Assembly: GCA_030141605.1 (NCBI GenBank)
Contig: JAQGDQ010000005.1
Coordinates: forward strand, 1,860,180 to 1,924,179
DNA: 64,000 bases
From: Tubiluchus corallicola
Taxonomy: Eukaryota; Animalia; Priapulida
Reading direction: 5' to 3'
Part shown: piece after piece, positions 1-13,035 of the stretch
Position numbering within the stretch: the first letter of the stretch is position 1
How the letters are laid out: every line of letters begins with the position of its first letter
Notes under the pieces: generated by a model
Told to the model about the DNA's origin: nothing
Seen by the model: the letters and a program-made list of their open reading frames with translations, nothing else
The model's database searches: none
Program-made: the position numbers and the translations under genes

Positions 1-349
1 TCAATCAACACAAGCTGTAAATAGATAACTGACACTTAATTAGTACACTATAATATGTAGCTTCACACTCGTGCATTATTATACTACAACATATGTTATA
101 TACAAAGAAATTCAGTTTTGGAATGGGTCATCATTGGTGTGGATCTGTAGGAAAAGTGGTTGAGGAGGGGCATTAAAAATGCTGTCAAACTTCCTAGAGC
201 TGTTCTGTTCATTTATTGCTGTTGAACAGTATTAAATGAGCACTTATCTGGTGTATTGCTAGGATAAATGTTGTTATAGTAAACAGCAATGTAATTTAAC
301 CATTTTACAGTTTTGGAACTTAAAATGATAAGAAAGATTTACATTTCAG

Positions 350-403
350 GAAATCCCAATGATGCTGTAGCTTTGGCTAAAGTACAAGAAATGCAGAATT
401 CTG
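350..403 (+). CDS. Probable internal coding exon of an unidentified gene entering from upstream of the window (G)NPNDAVALAKVQEMQNS
   Basis: tttcag acceptor and G|gtatgg donor; 54 bp, phase 1-1; only one frame is open. Confidence 0.45.
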
Positions 404-650
404 GTATGGAAGTCAAAGAACGGACAACATTTTACATTATTTTTGTATCTTTTTTTTCCTTATTTGTGATATACTTATGATTTGGAATATAGTTGTTAGC
501 TTTTTGAGATATTTTTAAAATGTCTGGTTCATAGTTTTCTTGCTACCTTATGCTTTTTAGATACAGTTTTATTATACTTATGTTGTCCTGTAGACAAATT
601 CTTTTATGCACACAATAGTGTACGTTACATCTGAGAATTTATTTTGCTAG

Positions 651-673
651 GAAATTTCAAGAGACTCCGGTGA
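651..673 (+). CDS. Candidate terminal coding exon (G)NFKRLR*
   Basis: attttgctag acceptor; phase-compatible with 350-403; TGA at 671-673. Confidence 0.35.
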
Positions 674-1254
674 AGGTCTGTTTGTTTTTGCTAAAATTAT
701 TATTATAAAGTTCTGCTTTTGCAGTTATGCGTGTACATGCGGTGTTTGTATGAAGAATCAAACACAGGCTGTTACTAAAGTGATAGGATAAAGACTGGAC
801 AATTGTACAAATTTGGAAAATAAATCGATTGTTGAGTTGGAATTTTTAATTGTGCATACAGGCACATTTGTCATAGTAAAGATTTTTGCTTTTCCTTTTC
901 TTCAGTGTGATATAATTTTGAAACTGTAGAGTATAATAATGTGTCTGTTTTCTGATTTGTTTTTCATAGTCATTTTTATGCAGTTTATATTAGTAAATGT
1001 CTGTAGTACATTCATAAATTTTGTAATTTTATACTTGTATTGAAAACAAGTAAATGATCATGTCTTAGTTGTGATACTGACCTGTGGTTAACTTCCTGAT
1101 TAAAAATTTAAAATATTTGTCGGTTAGTTTGTAAATAATTTTGTTTTCCATAAATACGCATAATTGTTTGCCATTGTTTGGTGTGTAATTACTAGCTGTA
1201 TACGTGTAGGTAAGTTATGTTTTAGGACCACTCTACTTATTTTAGTTAGAATAT

Positions 1255-1949
1255 TAGGGCTGTCAGTCGAATCTGAAAATTTGATGGTGTGATTCGAATA
1301 CTCGATTCAAATTGGTACTAAATACGTTCGATTCTCTTTGAATGTCTCCAAAATTTGAGAAATTCATTCTGTTGTTGCCGTGAGCTAGTCATATAAAATT
1401 TGTATCGTTATTACGTGACCATGTGCCATTTCTGTAAGAAGTATGTGTAGACTGAATTGAAGTCACTAGTCATGTTAGGTTTAAGTACTCGCTGTATTTG
1501 GCATTTAACGATACTAATGGTAGAGTATGCTGGAAAGTTACATCATGTGAAAAATCAGACAAAGTTTGGTACCCTAAAAATGATAGCAAAACTCATTTAA
1601 TGTAATCATACGCCTAATTACCTTAAAGCATGTAAAAATTTTGGCTGTGAATGCCTGCTTTTAATATATCTAATTCAGGACTAAAAATCACAATTTTGAG
1701 TTTGTTCTAAAGCTAAAGAACTGAAAAAACACTCGGAGGCGATGGTGCACTTTCGCCCTTCCTTAAAAAACCCAAACCTAAAAGTAATCGAAACTGACGC
1801 AAACGTCTTAGCTTAAAAACTAGGAGAAACAAAAGCGCAATAGCACCCACTCAGATTCACATTTGAGTATATGTACTGTAAGTTTTTATTCAATTCAAAA
1901 AACACGATTTGATTCTAATTCAAAATTTTCTATTTGATTGACTGCCTTA
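1255..1949. mobile_element. Decayed non-autonomous DNA transposon (hAT-like MITE)
   Basis: Imperfect TIRs TAGGGCTGTCAGTCGAAT / ATTTGATTGACTGCCTTA (14/18) with subterminal GATTC/GAAT-type repeats; no clear TSD. Confidence 0.45.
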
Positions 1950-4900
1950 ATTTTGTTGAATGCATCGTTAACAAACATTTGCATGAGTGAATTTATCGGA
2001 TCTGTGAGACTTGCTATGCTAATTAGTTTACTTTTTTGGACAAGTCAAGTGATGCCACATTTGTTGTTAATTGTATCTGCTGTTTGTCTGTACTTAAGCA
2101 TGTAAGTATAGGTGCATTGTTAGCCTGATGCATATGTAGACTCATTTTTAAAACCTGTAGTTTTTTACTAAGTTAAATTGTTAAGAACTGATTTGTAGAA
2201 TGGGTTCTACATTTAAGTAACTTTTGGGGAAATGTGAATGCATTATGATTTTTTTATAAAAGTCATCCATTTAGCAAAGCAGTATAGTAGTTTCTATACT
2301 GAAGTTTGAAGTACATGTAAAAAAACCTAAGGTGTTCGTTTTTTAATTTTTCTTTTTGTGTCTTGGAATTAGAATCTCTCGTAAATTAGTATTGTGTAGC
2401 ACCTACTATATTATAGTACATAAAATAGAATATAGTTTTGCTTTTCTGCTGTTGTTCAGCTAAAGAAAAGAAACAACTCAAACAAGTCTTTGTGAGGCCC
2501 CCTCAAGTTTTTCACCAAAGGATGGCAATCAAACAGTGGCACAGCTTCTTACTGGAATTTCTTCACTATGTTGAACAATTATTTTGAGTCACATTGTCTA
2601 TTTTCTGTACTAGGAATTTTCTATTACTATTGTAAGAGTATACACGCTTGTTCACATTTGATATGCGATCAGGATTGTTTCTTTGATGGAATTAAAATAC
2701 TGAAAAAATTGAATTGTTCATGATGCTTTTGGAGAGTATTGAACTTGATAGTAGATATATAATTGTTAACAAAATCTTTAAATGAGCGATTTAGAAACAA
2801 AATTGAAAAATTCAGTCGACTTGAGAATGTTGTGTTCTGGTAGGTGAATATCAGTAAAATGTAGATTGAACTTTTGCTAAGTGCGAAATTTGCGTGACAG
2901 ATTCAAAGACGTGTAGATGTGCAGTTACCGTTGTCATTTCCATTATTCTAATTTCCATTAAAAATCTGTTCCAATTTTCTACCGTGTAGCAATTTGTGCT
3001 TAATTTTTTACTAGTTCCATTATTTTGCAGATATGTCTAGTGTCCACATTGGCATCGTGTCGCTCAATGCCTTCAAAATGATTTTTGAAATTTTGAATAT
3101 GTAGATTGAGGACATCAGAGCAAATCCTGTATTTTAACGTGCGATACCGTAATTGCACCCAATTTTAACAAAAATCAAGGATCAAATAGGTTGCAACCTG
3201 AGACTTGTCTGCATTTCTTCTAACTTTGATAACTTATATCACCAAATGGAAGACAAACTAGATTGATAAATGGCTAATACATAAAATGACAGCTGAAGAT
3301 GTTGTTCTCTGCACTCACACATCAGCATGCCTGCATGGCAATGCCTGTAATGTTTGCAGATTAGAACCTGGCAAAGAACACTTGTTTCATTTTGGTTTTT
3401 TTTTGTTCTACTCTACTCGAGTCTCATTCATATAATAACATGAATACTACGGAAGGTCATATGCGTTTATTTCCGTTGCCTTGCTATTGTCGCTTGAACT
3501 TACTGTGGTGCTATATATGTAATCAACCACCTTGTCAAATTATTAATGCAAAATTCGTAAAATGGCTTGCGGTTTGGCGCTTAGTTATTGTGCTTTCCTT
3601 TTAATTTCCGGGTGTAAAAATTTATGTCACGTAGAGGCAGTATTGCAGTTTATTATTATTATTCTTAACTCGTTGCTTAATAGTCTCTGCTTTATGCTCT
3701 CGATTGTTGGGCACTGTAACCCAGATGTCAGATTCTCTTGTTGGGCCTGTGAACATGTCAAGAGACATTAGTCTGTAATACTTCTATTTTTTATCATTGC
3801 ATGGTGCCTCGTAGTTTGTACGCAGTGCACAGCATAGTAGAAAAAGTTATTTAAAATATTAGTGTAGGTGCCTACAGATGCTTACTGTAGGCCTTTCAAC
3901 AAACATTAATTAGGCTCGTAATGACACATTATGTTTGTAGGTGTGCCAACTAAGAGAACCTTATGTAGTGTTTCCTGAAAGAGTGACAAACATTTATTTC
4001 GAACAGAAGTGTGTTTCCACTAGGCCGGTTGTTGTGCAATTCATGCAGACATTTTGACTAGCACTACCATGGAAAATCAGGATACTTTGTAGAATGAATA
4101 TTCAGTTGAAGCGCGGCCACAAGATAAAAGTCGTATGAAAGGATGTCATGCGTGCGCTAGTGCATCTTTGTTTGCCAATCTTGTTGAAATTATTGCATCA
4201 TTATTTTTTACGTCCAGTCACACGCAGTCACGTATGTTGCAGCTGATTTAATGAGATCCGCGCTTCAGAAGAGACAATTCAGTAGCGGCGATGAACATGT
4301 CAAGCACTTTCTCAAAACAATTACTACAACTCAAAAAGTGCGAAAACATTTCGTGCGCTTATTATCGTAAATGGTTTATGAGCTATACGGGGGAAATGTG
4401 AGGTGATAATGCCATGTACCAGGATGGCTACATCACGGCAAAACTCCCACATGATCTTTTGTTCGTAAGTTTGCCTAAGCTTTTTAAGCCTTCATTTGTA
4501 TGATTGAAAATCTGATTTTTTGTAAGAAGACACCACTAGGTGACGCTAGTATCAGTTGGTTAGGATTTAAATCAACGTTTAATGAAAAAAAATCGTCCAA
4601 TCGTCGTTTAATGAAAAACATCTGCATAAAGTCTCAGACGATTATGCTGTTAAATCTTGTAAATACCTCACCGTGGTAGTTATAAAAATGTTGATGTCCC
4701 TCTTCTGAAATCTTCTGCATTTTCAAGAAAACAGTTCATGCGTTTGAAAGTGAGACGAATCATTTTTTGGAATTGTTTTTTGGTGTTTGGTGATCTCTAG
4801 TTTTGATTTTTGATTATCCACGACAGTCCAAAATAGTAAACAGTTTGAAACAATATACCAACCCAATAAATGCTTTTTATGTCAGCACACTATATTAATT

Positions 4901-5590
4901 ACAGGCTTACTAAGTGCTCAAACGAAAACAGATTTATTGTTCATGTAGACTGAATGTTTGCGTTATTAACCTGACTTAACTTTACTTTTAGAACCGAGAA
5001 ACAATAAGCACAGCTTTGGGTAAGTAATTTCTTCATGCTTACAGAAAATTGTTCCGCTTTTTGCTTGCGAAATTTTAATTCACGCTTTTTGCACTTGTTC
5101 TATTTTATTATCTGGTTTAAGCCTTTTCCTTGACGTAAATTAAAGCTCAAGCCCATTCTGAGGCCTACTTAGTTTCACACCAAGTGTCGTTTAATTGTCC
5201 CCAGGAACTTTACCGGAAAATCTACACGTGCTGAATCTGCGGGATCAGACAAGCTCATGATAAATTTAAGCGTCGCCTCAGGATGTAATGTAACTTGTCT
5301 AATAGTAGCTGCCAATAAATCAGAGAATTAGTGTTTTATTATAGCGCTCAGATTCCTCTGAGATTGACGAATGATGAAACAATGCAATCAAAACCTGGCG
5401 AATGTCAAATTAGAACATCAGAATTTATTATTCGTTTTGTTAAGTTTATTAGGCGATTTTTTCAGAAGGCTGTGGGTTCAATTTCCAGAAGGTAGAAATA
5501 TTCGAGAAGCACTAAAATTTAGTTATTTGCTGTTCTGCACCTCGGTATAGCAGAGTTACTGCAACAAATGTGGGAATAAGCAATTTTACG

Positions 5591-5635
5591 TTCAAGGTGT
5601 ATGGATTAACTTCAAGGTGTATGGATTAACTTCAA
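5591..5635. repeat. 20-bp tandem duplication TTCAAGGTGTATGGATTAAC x2
   Basis: Direct reading. Confidence 0.9.
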
Positions 5636-6856
5636 CCAAATTTACGAGATTTCTTCTTCTTATATGCATCCCAGGTTTTCGGCAGACTAACAGAAACAAT
5701 TTGAAAATATAACAGCATTATTCATTGGGCTTGTTATTTAACTAGACAATTGATTTGGAAGGCTCTGAATTCAATTCCACAGTCGGAAGTCGTTACAAAT
5801 GGCACGCGCTTGTCTTTGTCTTGGAATAGTAACCCGGAAATATGTGCTGTTTTTGTTTTCCAGATTGCTGTTTATCAAATAACATTTTCTGCTATATGTC
5901 CTTCTACTATTTTATCTTCTCGCCTAAAAATTCAACAATAACAGCGGAATTCTGTGGAATTGTTTTGTAAGGAAATCGCTTGTCTCGTCGAGCTAACTTC
6001 ACGTAATTTGATTCAAAGGCTGGATTATATAGGTAACTTGAAAGCCATAATTCCTAGTCATTGTTGTTACTCTAACGCACTCTGCTAATATTTTGCACGT
6101 CAAAGTCCCAACGTTCCTGTTGAAGAATTAGATCTGGAACACCCACATTGGTTCAGATATAGAGGTGGCGTAGCGTAAATGTTAGGAATCAGAGTAAACA
6201 GCTAAACTAAGATGCATTATTAGTAGTACGATGTGTAAAGATGCCATATGAATTTAATCACTACCGATACGTGCTGTGTATGCAGGGGTATTAACTCTCC
6301 AAGGCTTAGCGTATATCTGCTTACTTGTAGCCTACCTGAATACGCTTAACATTTAATATCTAGATCCACACGAGAACACATAAAAATGCAAGATCAGAAG
6401 TAACACGTTAAGAGCTTGTACTGGTAATGTAACCAATAGATGTCGCTGTGGAAATCGATTATTGTGGGTCAAGATACAAATTATAGTTAATATATAATAA
6501 TAGTTAAACAAAATAAAATGAATAAATAAAGCGTTTTGGGGAAATTTGACAACATGTTGCAAAAAAAAGTTGTAGACATTATAGATTTTTCTAAGATGCT
6601 TACACCTTAGAGGATAGGATGTTTTCTACTTTTTACCATATTACGCTTATTTACAATATATTTACATATATTTTTTCTTTTTTGCACTGTGGTTTGCGCT
6701 GTGTTGAATGAATTGTGCGGTGTTATGTTGTAATGTGCTGCAGTTTTTATCTCTGTTTGGTTCAGTTTGTCACTTTAGGAGTGCATGTGTTTGTTTGTTT
6801 GCGTGCACGTTTGTTTGTTTGTTTATCCATTATTTTTTGCTTTTTCTTTCTTTTTC

Positions 6857-7160
<304 letters not shown>

Positions 7161-7517
7161 CTTTCTTACTTTTTCTTTTTCTTTCCTTCTTTCTTTCTTT
7201 CTTTCTGTTTTATATTCTTTTTTCGTCCTTTCAATTTTCCTTCCCTTCCTTTCTTCTTCCTTTTTGCTTTTCTTCGTTCTTCCATCTTTATACTTTCTAG
7301 TTTGTCAGTTAAATAAACACAACCAAAGCGTCATAGATGATCATCATTAGAGTGAAGTGTCCAGACGCCATATCACCACTATTGCTGTTATGTGGAGTCA
7401 CGAGCGGCTGGTCAAGCTAGATGTCTCGCCGCAGCTTAATCTGTGTTATCTATAGATTTGAAGATACTTTCAGGCATCTGCCATCACATAACGTATGTAC
7501 TAAGCTTGCATAAAACG

Positions 7518-8001
7518 CAGGGGTGTGCAAATTGCGGCCCGCCGAGAGAATTTGTGCGGCCCGCGAAGAGATTTGTCTACCTAATGAAAGTGCGTCCTGG
7601 GCGATTAATTAAGTGTATTCAGCTGAAGTCCGTGCCACGATCCCAAAGATAGTGTGCGGGTAGTTTTTTCTACTAGATCGGATGCCATTAACCCTTTCGA
7701 GACGGTTGTAGCTTAATGTCACTGTACTACACAGACTGTGTGATACACATTACTAATATACATTGTAATGAAATTACCACTATCTGTCCTGAAAGCAGAA
7801 ATATATGGTTTGTAATATAAATTTTAATAACTTCTAAAATAGTTTCTTGAGTGTAGTAGTGATGATGTACGCAGGTCGGATGCAAAAAAATCGTTATTAG
7901 GCCTTTCTGTACTTGATTCCTTGATCAAACTGCCTGTGGCCCGCAGGAATTGCGGGAAAGTTTAATGTGACCCGGCTAGTCAGATAATTTGCACACCTCT
8001 G
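7518..8001. mobile_element. hAT (Charlie-like) MITE
   Basis: TIRs CAGGGGTGTGCAAATT (7518-7533) / AATTTGCACACCTCTG (7986-8001), 15/16 match; subterminal GGCCCGC motifs; degenerate 8-bp TSD ATAAAACG/ATATAAAG. Confidence 0.8.
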
Positions 8002-8579
8002 ATATAAAGTAATGTCATCACTTAGCGAGCCGTAGAAAGTTATGAACTGAGTACATATGTAAGTGGTACCCCATGTGGAATAAACGTAGGTGTTACCTAA
8101 TAGCATAATTCTTGTCAGGCCTTTTCATTAAACCAGACTGCTAGAGAATTGATGTGACGTATATCTGTGTGCAGTACTCATTATTAGGAACTGTTCATTT
8201 ATCATAAACGTTACAAACGATGCTATTGCGTGTTACATTCATATCTAACGGCTCGGAATTTAATTTCGTAGTCTCTTATTAAACAGGGAACAATATTTTA
8301 ATTATATTGTACAATTATTGATATTTAGAGTAAACAAATTTTTCAACTATGTTGAAGTTACGCTAATTACTATTAATGGCTGACCGCTGTTGCACCTCCC
8401 GTTACTTAGTAATAATGCTCATCAATCATATATATTTCACTAATATCTTGTGAGTTGCTACCAAGCACAAATTTTGCTAATACTAAATGGCACTAGGCTC
8501 TGTAACAACTATATATGAAATGCAAAATAGCAACTGCCTTTCAAAATAATTATGTTTTTCTATGCAGAATAAAGTCAAT

Positions 8580-9138
8580 AAATGTTCTTGACATCCACGT
8601 GCGCAACGTGTGGCAAAACGCATGCCCTCCTGAAGTGCCAGTTTTTCCAAATATACAGTATGCATACAAAGACTAGCCTTTAAATTTTTGTGGCAAGTCA
8701 CAGTGCACTTCTCTGGTAATCTTAATCTAAATTTTAGTTAACATGGCCAGAATTATGATTGTTACATCACATATCATTACCTCTCTCATTATCCTTCTCT
8801 CTCCTCTTTTCACTGTCACTACTAGCAAGTTCATGCTCGTCTCTTTTATACTAACTAATCTCTGTTTCACTGTCAGAGTCTCAGTCTCTCTTACAAGCTT
8901 TGGCTTTGAAGCCCTTGCAACACGCCACATGATTATTATTATTATGACTAATGGGATAAGCTACGGTAAAATTCTTTTTTTCCATTCGATATTTTATTGT
9001 TGTTTGTCTGACTATTGTTAACAGAATATTGTAAAACTATTTTGTTTACTTTGCAGTATAATACTGTAAGGTTTAATTTCCTTGTTTGTAATTATGATAT
9101 ATGTTGGTGAAATGAATAAATTGTTATATATTATTATT

Positions 9139-9140
<2 letters not shown>
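8580..9140 (+). mobile_element. Possible heavily decayed LINE 3' end
   Basis: Ends in AATAAA followed by an (ATT)n/(GTT)n tail; coding remnants are very weak. Confidence 0.25.

Positions 9141-9176
<36 letters not shown>
9140..9176. repeat. (TTG)n microsatellite
   Basis: Direct reading. Confidence 0.95.
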
Positions 9177-12100
9177 AATGTACTCTATAAAATAGCCATT
9201 TTTCTAAATGGTCGTCTTAAAACTTCTTTAAAGGAAAAACCAACACTCGAGCAACATTCACTGTAAAATAAACATACCCTTAGAAATATTGAAATAACTA
9301 CGTAATGCGCGTGCATAAAATGCCTAGCTGAAAAATACAAAAAATTTAAATCATTCGTTTAAATCTCCAACCAAACGCACCCCGCCTTCACTTTTTTCTG
9401 ATTGCTCTGTAGTTAGTCTTTCACAGCTCGCTCACAGCACAAATGCTGTGCAATACAGACCTGTAACGAATAAAGCTATTATAACTGTCACATTCACTTC
9501 TCCAACGGGTTATAAACCAATTACCCTAATTGCTGAAACCTGACTAAACTTAATAGTGAAAAGACAAAGACGTTTTTAATTAAACGTTTCTAGCGGAACC
9601 TTTTGTTCTAATTATTGTCTTTTCTGGAAGGCAAAGTGCTCACTGATGACAATACATTACTGCTATTACCTGACATTACTTTGATCAAAAATCCCGTAAT
9701 TATTGTTCAGCGCAAACCATTCTTAATAAGACAATATTAGTCATCTGGGAGAAACGAGGAAGCCAAGTAATAGTGTATCAGTAAAATTTATAATGTTCTA
9801 GTCTGATCTCAAACTATAAAAGGGCTATATTGGATTCGCTTTTACGTTCAAGGTAATCCTGTTATGGGGCATTAAACGTTTAACAGCAAAGGTTCTGGTG
9901 GTTACAGTCATTTTGCAAAAAAGGTTTTCTTGAACTTTATTGCTGATTTGTCACTCCTACCAGCACTGAAAGCGTTCTGATTTAAATTAGTTGTATTGTT
10001 GGTTAAAACAAGGCGGCTGAGCTGGATATATATTATTTCTATAACCAGAGCTAATACATATGAATATATATATACTTAGAAAGTAAGTAACATCAATATA
10101 GGAAGTACAAACTATCGATTTATAACAGGTAATGGCAATAGTAAAAAATATTAAATAATTAAATGAAAGATCTTTTATTTAATAAAATCCATCGTAGTAA
10201 ATCTAGAACCTGAATTGATTTTCCTCTTCTATATTTATTTATCTATATTTTACGTATATTAATATTTTAAATAAATTGGGTTTAAAAGAAAACCTTGTGT
10301 AAACATTAGTTCAGAATTAAAAATGCTCTAAAATATTGAAACTACAGTAGCCTTTTTAAATCAAAGCTTAGATTAAATTATAATTGCTTCCCATACTCAA
10401 ATTTTGTTAAACTTTCAAATCTGGCTCAGTGACTCTATTAAGATTGGCAGCGGCGCATTTTTGTCACATTCGCATGTCTGATAAGTAAAAGGCGGTACCG
10501 TGATAACCATGATCATGAACTGCAATGTTAGTTTCTGACGTCATCTGATGTAGAGCCCATTTTCGTGAAATCACACGTTTAAGCAGCAACACTTACGCAA
10601 ACGTGCTTGACGAGCGAAAGAAGGTGCCTGCCATTGCACAAACTGTGATTAGTTTCTGACGTAAGCAATAGCTGTGTTCGGTTACCGTTAATTGCCTTTC
10701 TAGGCTAATTATTCAAATATAATGGACAACTTTTAATAGGCAAGAAAATTTATATTTTGGACTCTGCCACCAAAATTTACTATTTCAACTGACGATTGGA
10801 AATCTTTTAAAAATAGATAAAACTAATGTGGTAATTTGCCAAAGACGTTTTTAAATAGAATATAAAAGTCTTGGCGAACAGGATCATCAGCATCCGATAC
10901 GGACACCCTGAATTGCCGGTCAATATTTTAGACTGGAAGCTGGAATAGCAAATTTTCGATGAATCATACAATGCCTGGTGAAAAGTCTGTAAACGCTCTC
11001 ATTCAGACGGAGCAGCCTCAATGAAATTCTCTCCATTACACGATTTATATCCAGAAAATGTAACAATTGTAATTCAGCTAGCTTAATACACGTTTACAAG
11101 TGTTTCACATATACATGTAAGTCTATACCAACGTAATTTGTATTTCATTTTAAAACCATGAAAACAGTGAAAGAAACAACGTGGGAAACATGATTTTTTT
11201 TACAATATTTACAACAATAATATTTTTACAAACGTGTCAGTGAAACAGTGAAAACTCAACTATTCAAAGACACAGAGTTAATAAGTGAGGTTCAGTCTCA
11301 TGTGACCCGTTGCGAAATGGCGACCTGTATTGATGTACATTTCAACACTACGGTAAGCTCTTAAAGTGAAATTTGTGAAAAATTATATCGTAGCACAAAA
11401 ATGTTTTTAATGGCATCACCGGCAGAATTCTCCAGGCAGCAGAATTCTGTTTTGTGAAATTGAAATTTATTCTGTTTTGCCGAATATTTATTATAATGTG
11501 TAACTTAATTTTAGTATCGATAGGTGAGTTCTTTGTTAAATTTTTTTATTCGGCTCTTCCGTACTCCATACTTTGTAGTGCTTACTTGGCAAAAATGAAA
11601 TAAGGAACAGTTTTTCCCTGTGTAGTTAAGTGTCACGCTGGAAAATGACAAAGCAATGTGCTGTGAAATTTTTGTATTTCATTTTGAGAATGAGGTAGGC
11701 CACGTTTCTATACAAAGCTCAAATTCGACCTTCTCTTGTGGCATGCAGGGTCCTTGTACCTTATAGGACTTTTAATTTTTCATAAGGACTACCAAAATGA
11801 GCTTTTTACCCGCTGTAATGCTGAGCGGGTTAATCTGGTGGAATATGATCTGGGCTTCTCTCCTGTTTATGACTCAGTCTTAGTCTTAGTCATAGTCTTT
11901 CCATGTCTGTCATGTTTTCTTGTGGCTTCTTTTTTTCATAAAGATTCATATTTGCAGGTTATTAGGTTCATAATAAGGGACTATCTGGACATAATTGCAT
12001 TTTTCTCGTGCCTGTTTCATATCTTAGAGGGAGATTTGAAGTTAATAAAGCAGAACCGCAAAGTGTGTAGATCTGAAGTGTATTTTTAGCGAAGGTAAGA

Positions 12101-12372
12101 GGCAATCGCTATAGTACAATCATTTGTACTTTAGCTTATATTCCAACACCAAACTCAAAACTGTGCTTGTGGTATAAAACTGTTGAAATTTGTGGAATGA
12201 ATTTCAGTTAGCATTTAAGCAAAGCCCATGTAGAAATTTGTCGCCATGTTGACTATTGCTGTTTCAGGTTTCATTGGGAAGAAGTTTTTTTGAACTTCAA
12301 AGAAATTTCAACTAACGTGTTAATGTTTCTCATCTAACTGTTAATGCTTCGAGTGTCGAGAAACGGTGGCTT

Positions 12373-13035
12373 GTAGTATACCAAATGAAACATCTCAATG
12401 AGGCGAATTGAATGGTATGAGTTACGCCCAGATTAGCTGACCCATGAACCCTCTATACAGAGAACGGGGAAAAATTGAACTTATGGTCGTGGAAACAAAT
12501 GCTTCCATTGTCAAGCAACAGTAGGTTGTAGTAAATCAAATGAAAGATCTGGTTGAGACAAATTGAATAGGACAAACTACCCCTAGGTTGCTTGATCCTT
12601 GACCCCGCTAGAGGCGAATAATCAGTATTAGGGGAGTCGGAAAGATGAGTCTTTCCATTCTCAAGTAACAGCAGTGTTGTAGTATAGCAAATGAAAGATT
12701 TCGAATAGACAAATTGAAATGTTTGAGCTATGTATAGATTAGTGGACCCCTGACCCCACTAAGGGGCAAAAACTCAAATTTGGGGTCAGGCATACAAATG
12801 TTTCTGGTGTTAAGTAACAGTACGTTGCAGTACGTTAAAAGAAAGGTGTTGATGGCGATAGGAGTGATATGAGTCACGCCCACATTGGTTGACCCTGACC
12901 CCAAGGTCACAGGTGCAGGGTCATTCATCTACATTAGTATTGTGTAGCACCTTAAATGAAACGTCACGATGAGAAAAATTGAATGGTGTACTGACCAGTG
13001 TTTGGTTGACCGTTGACCACGGGTCACGGGTCAAA
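12373..13035. repeat. Five diverged tandem units of about 115-155 bp
   Basis: Recurrent GTAGTA..AAATGAAA....AATTGAATGG....TGACCC motif near 12373, 12528, 12679, 12827 and 12944. Confidence 0.75.

Noticed and set aside
12373-13035. CRISPR-like repeat-spacer array
   Set aside because: Eukaryotic context, degenerate repeats, homologous spacers, no cas genes
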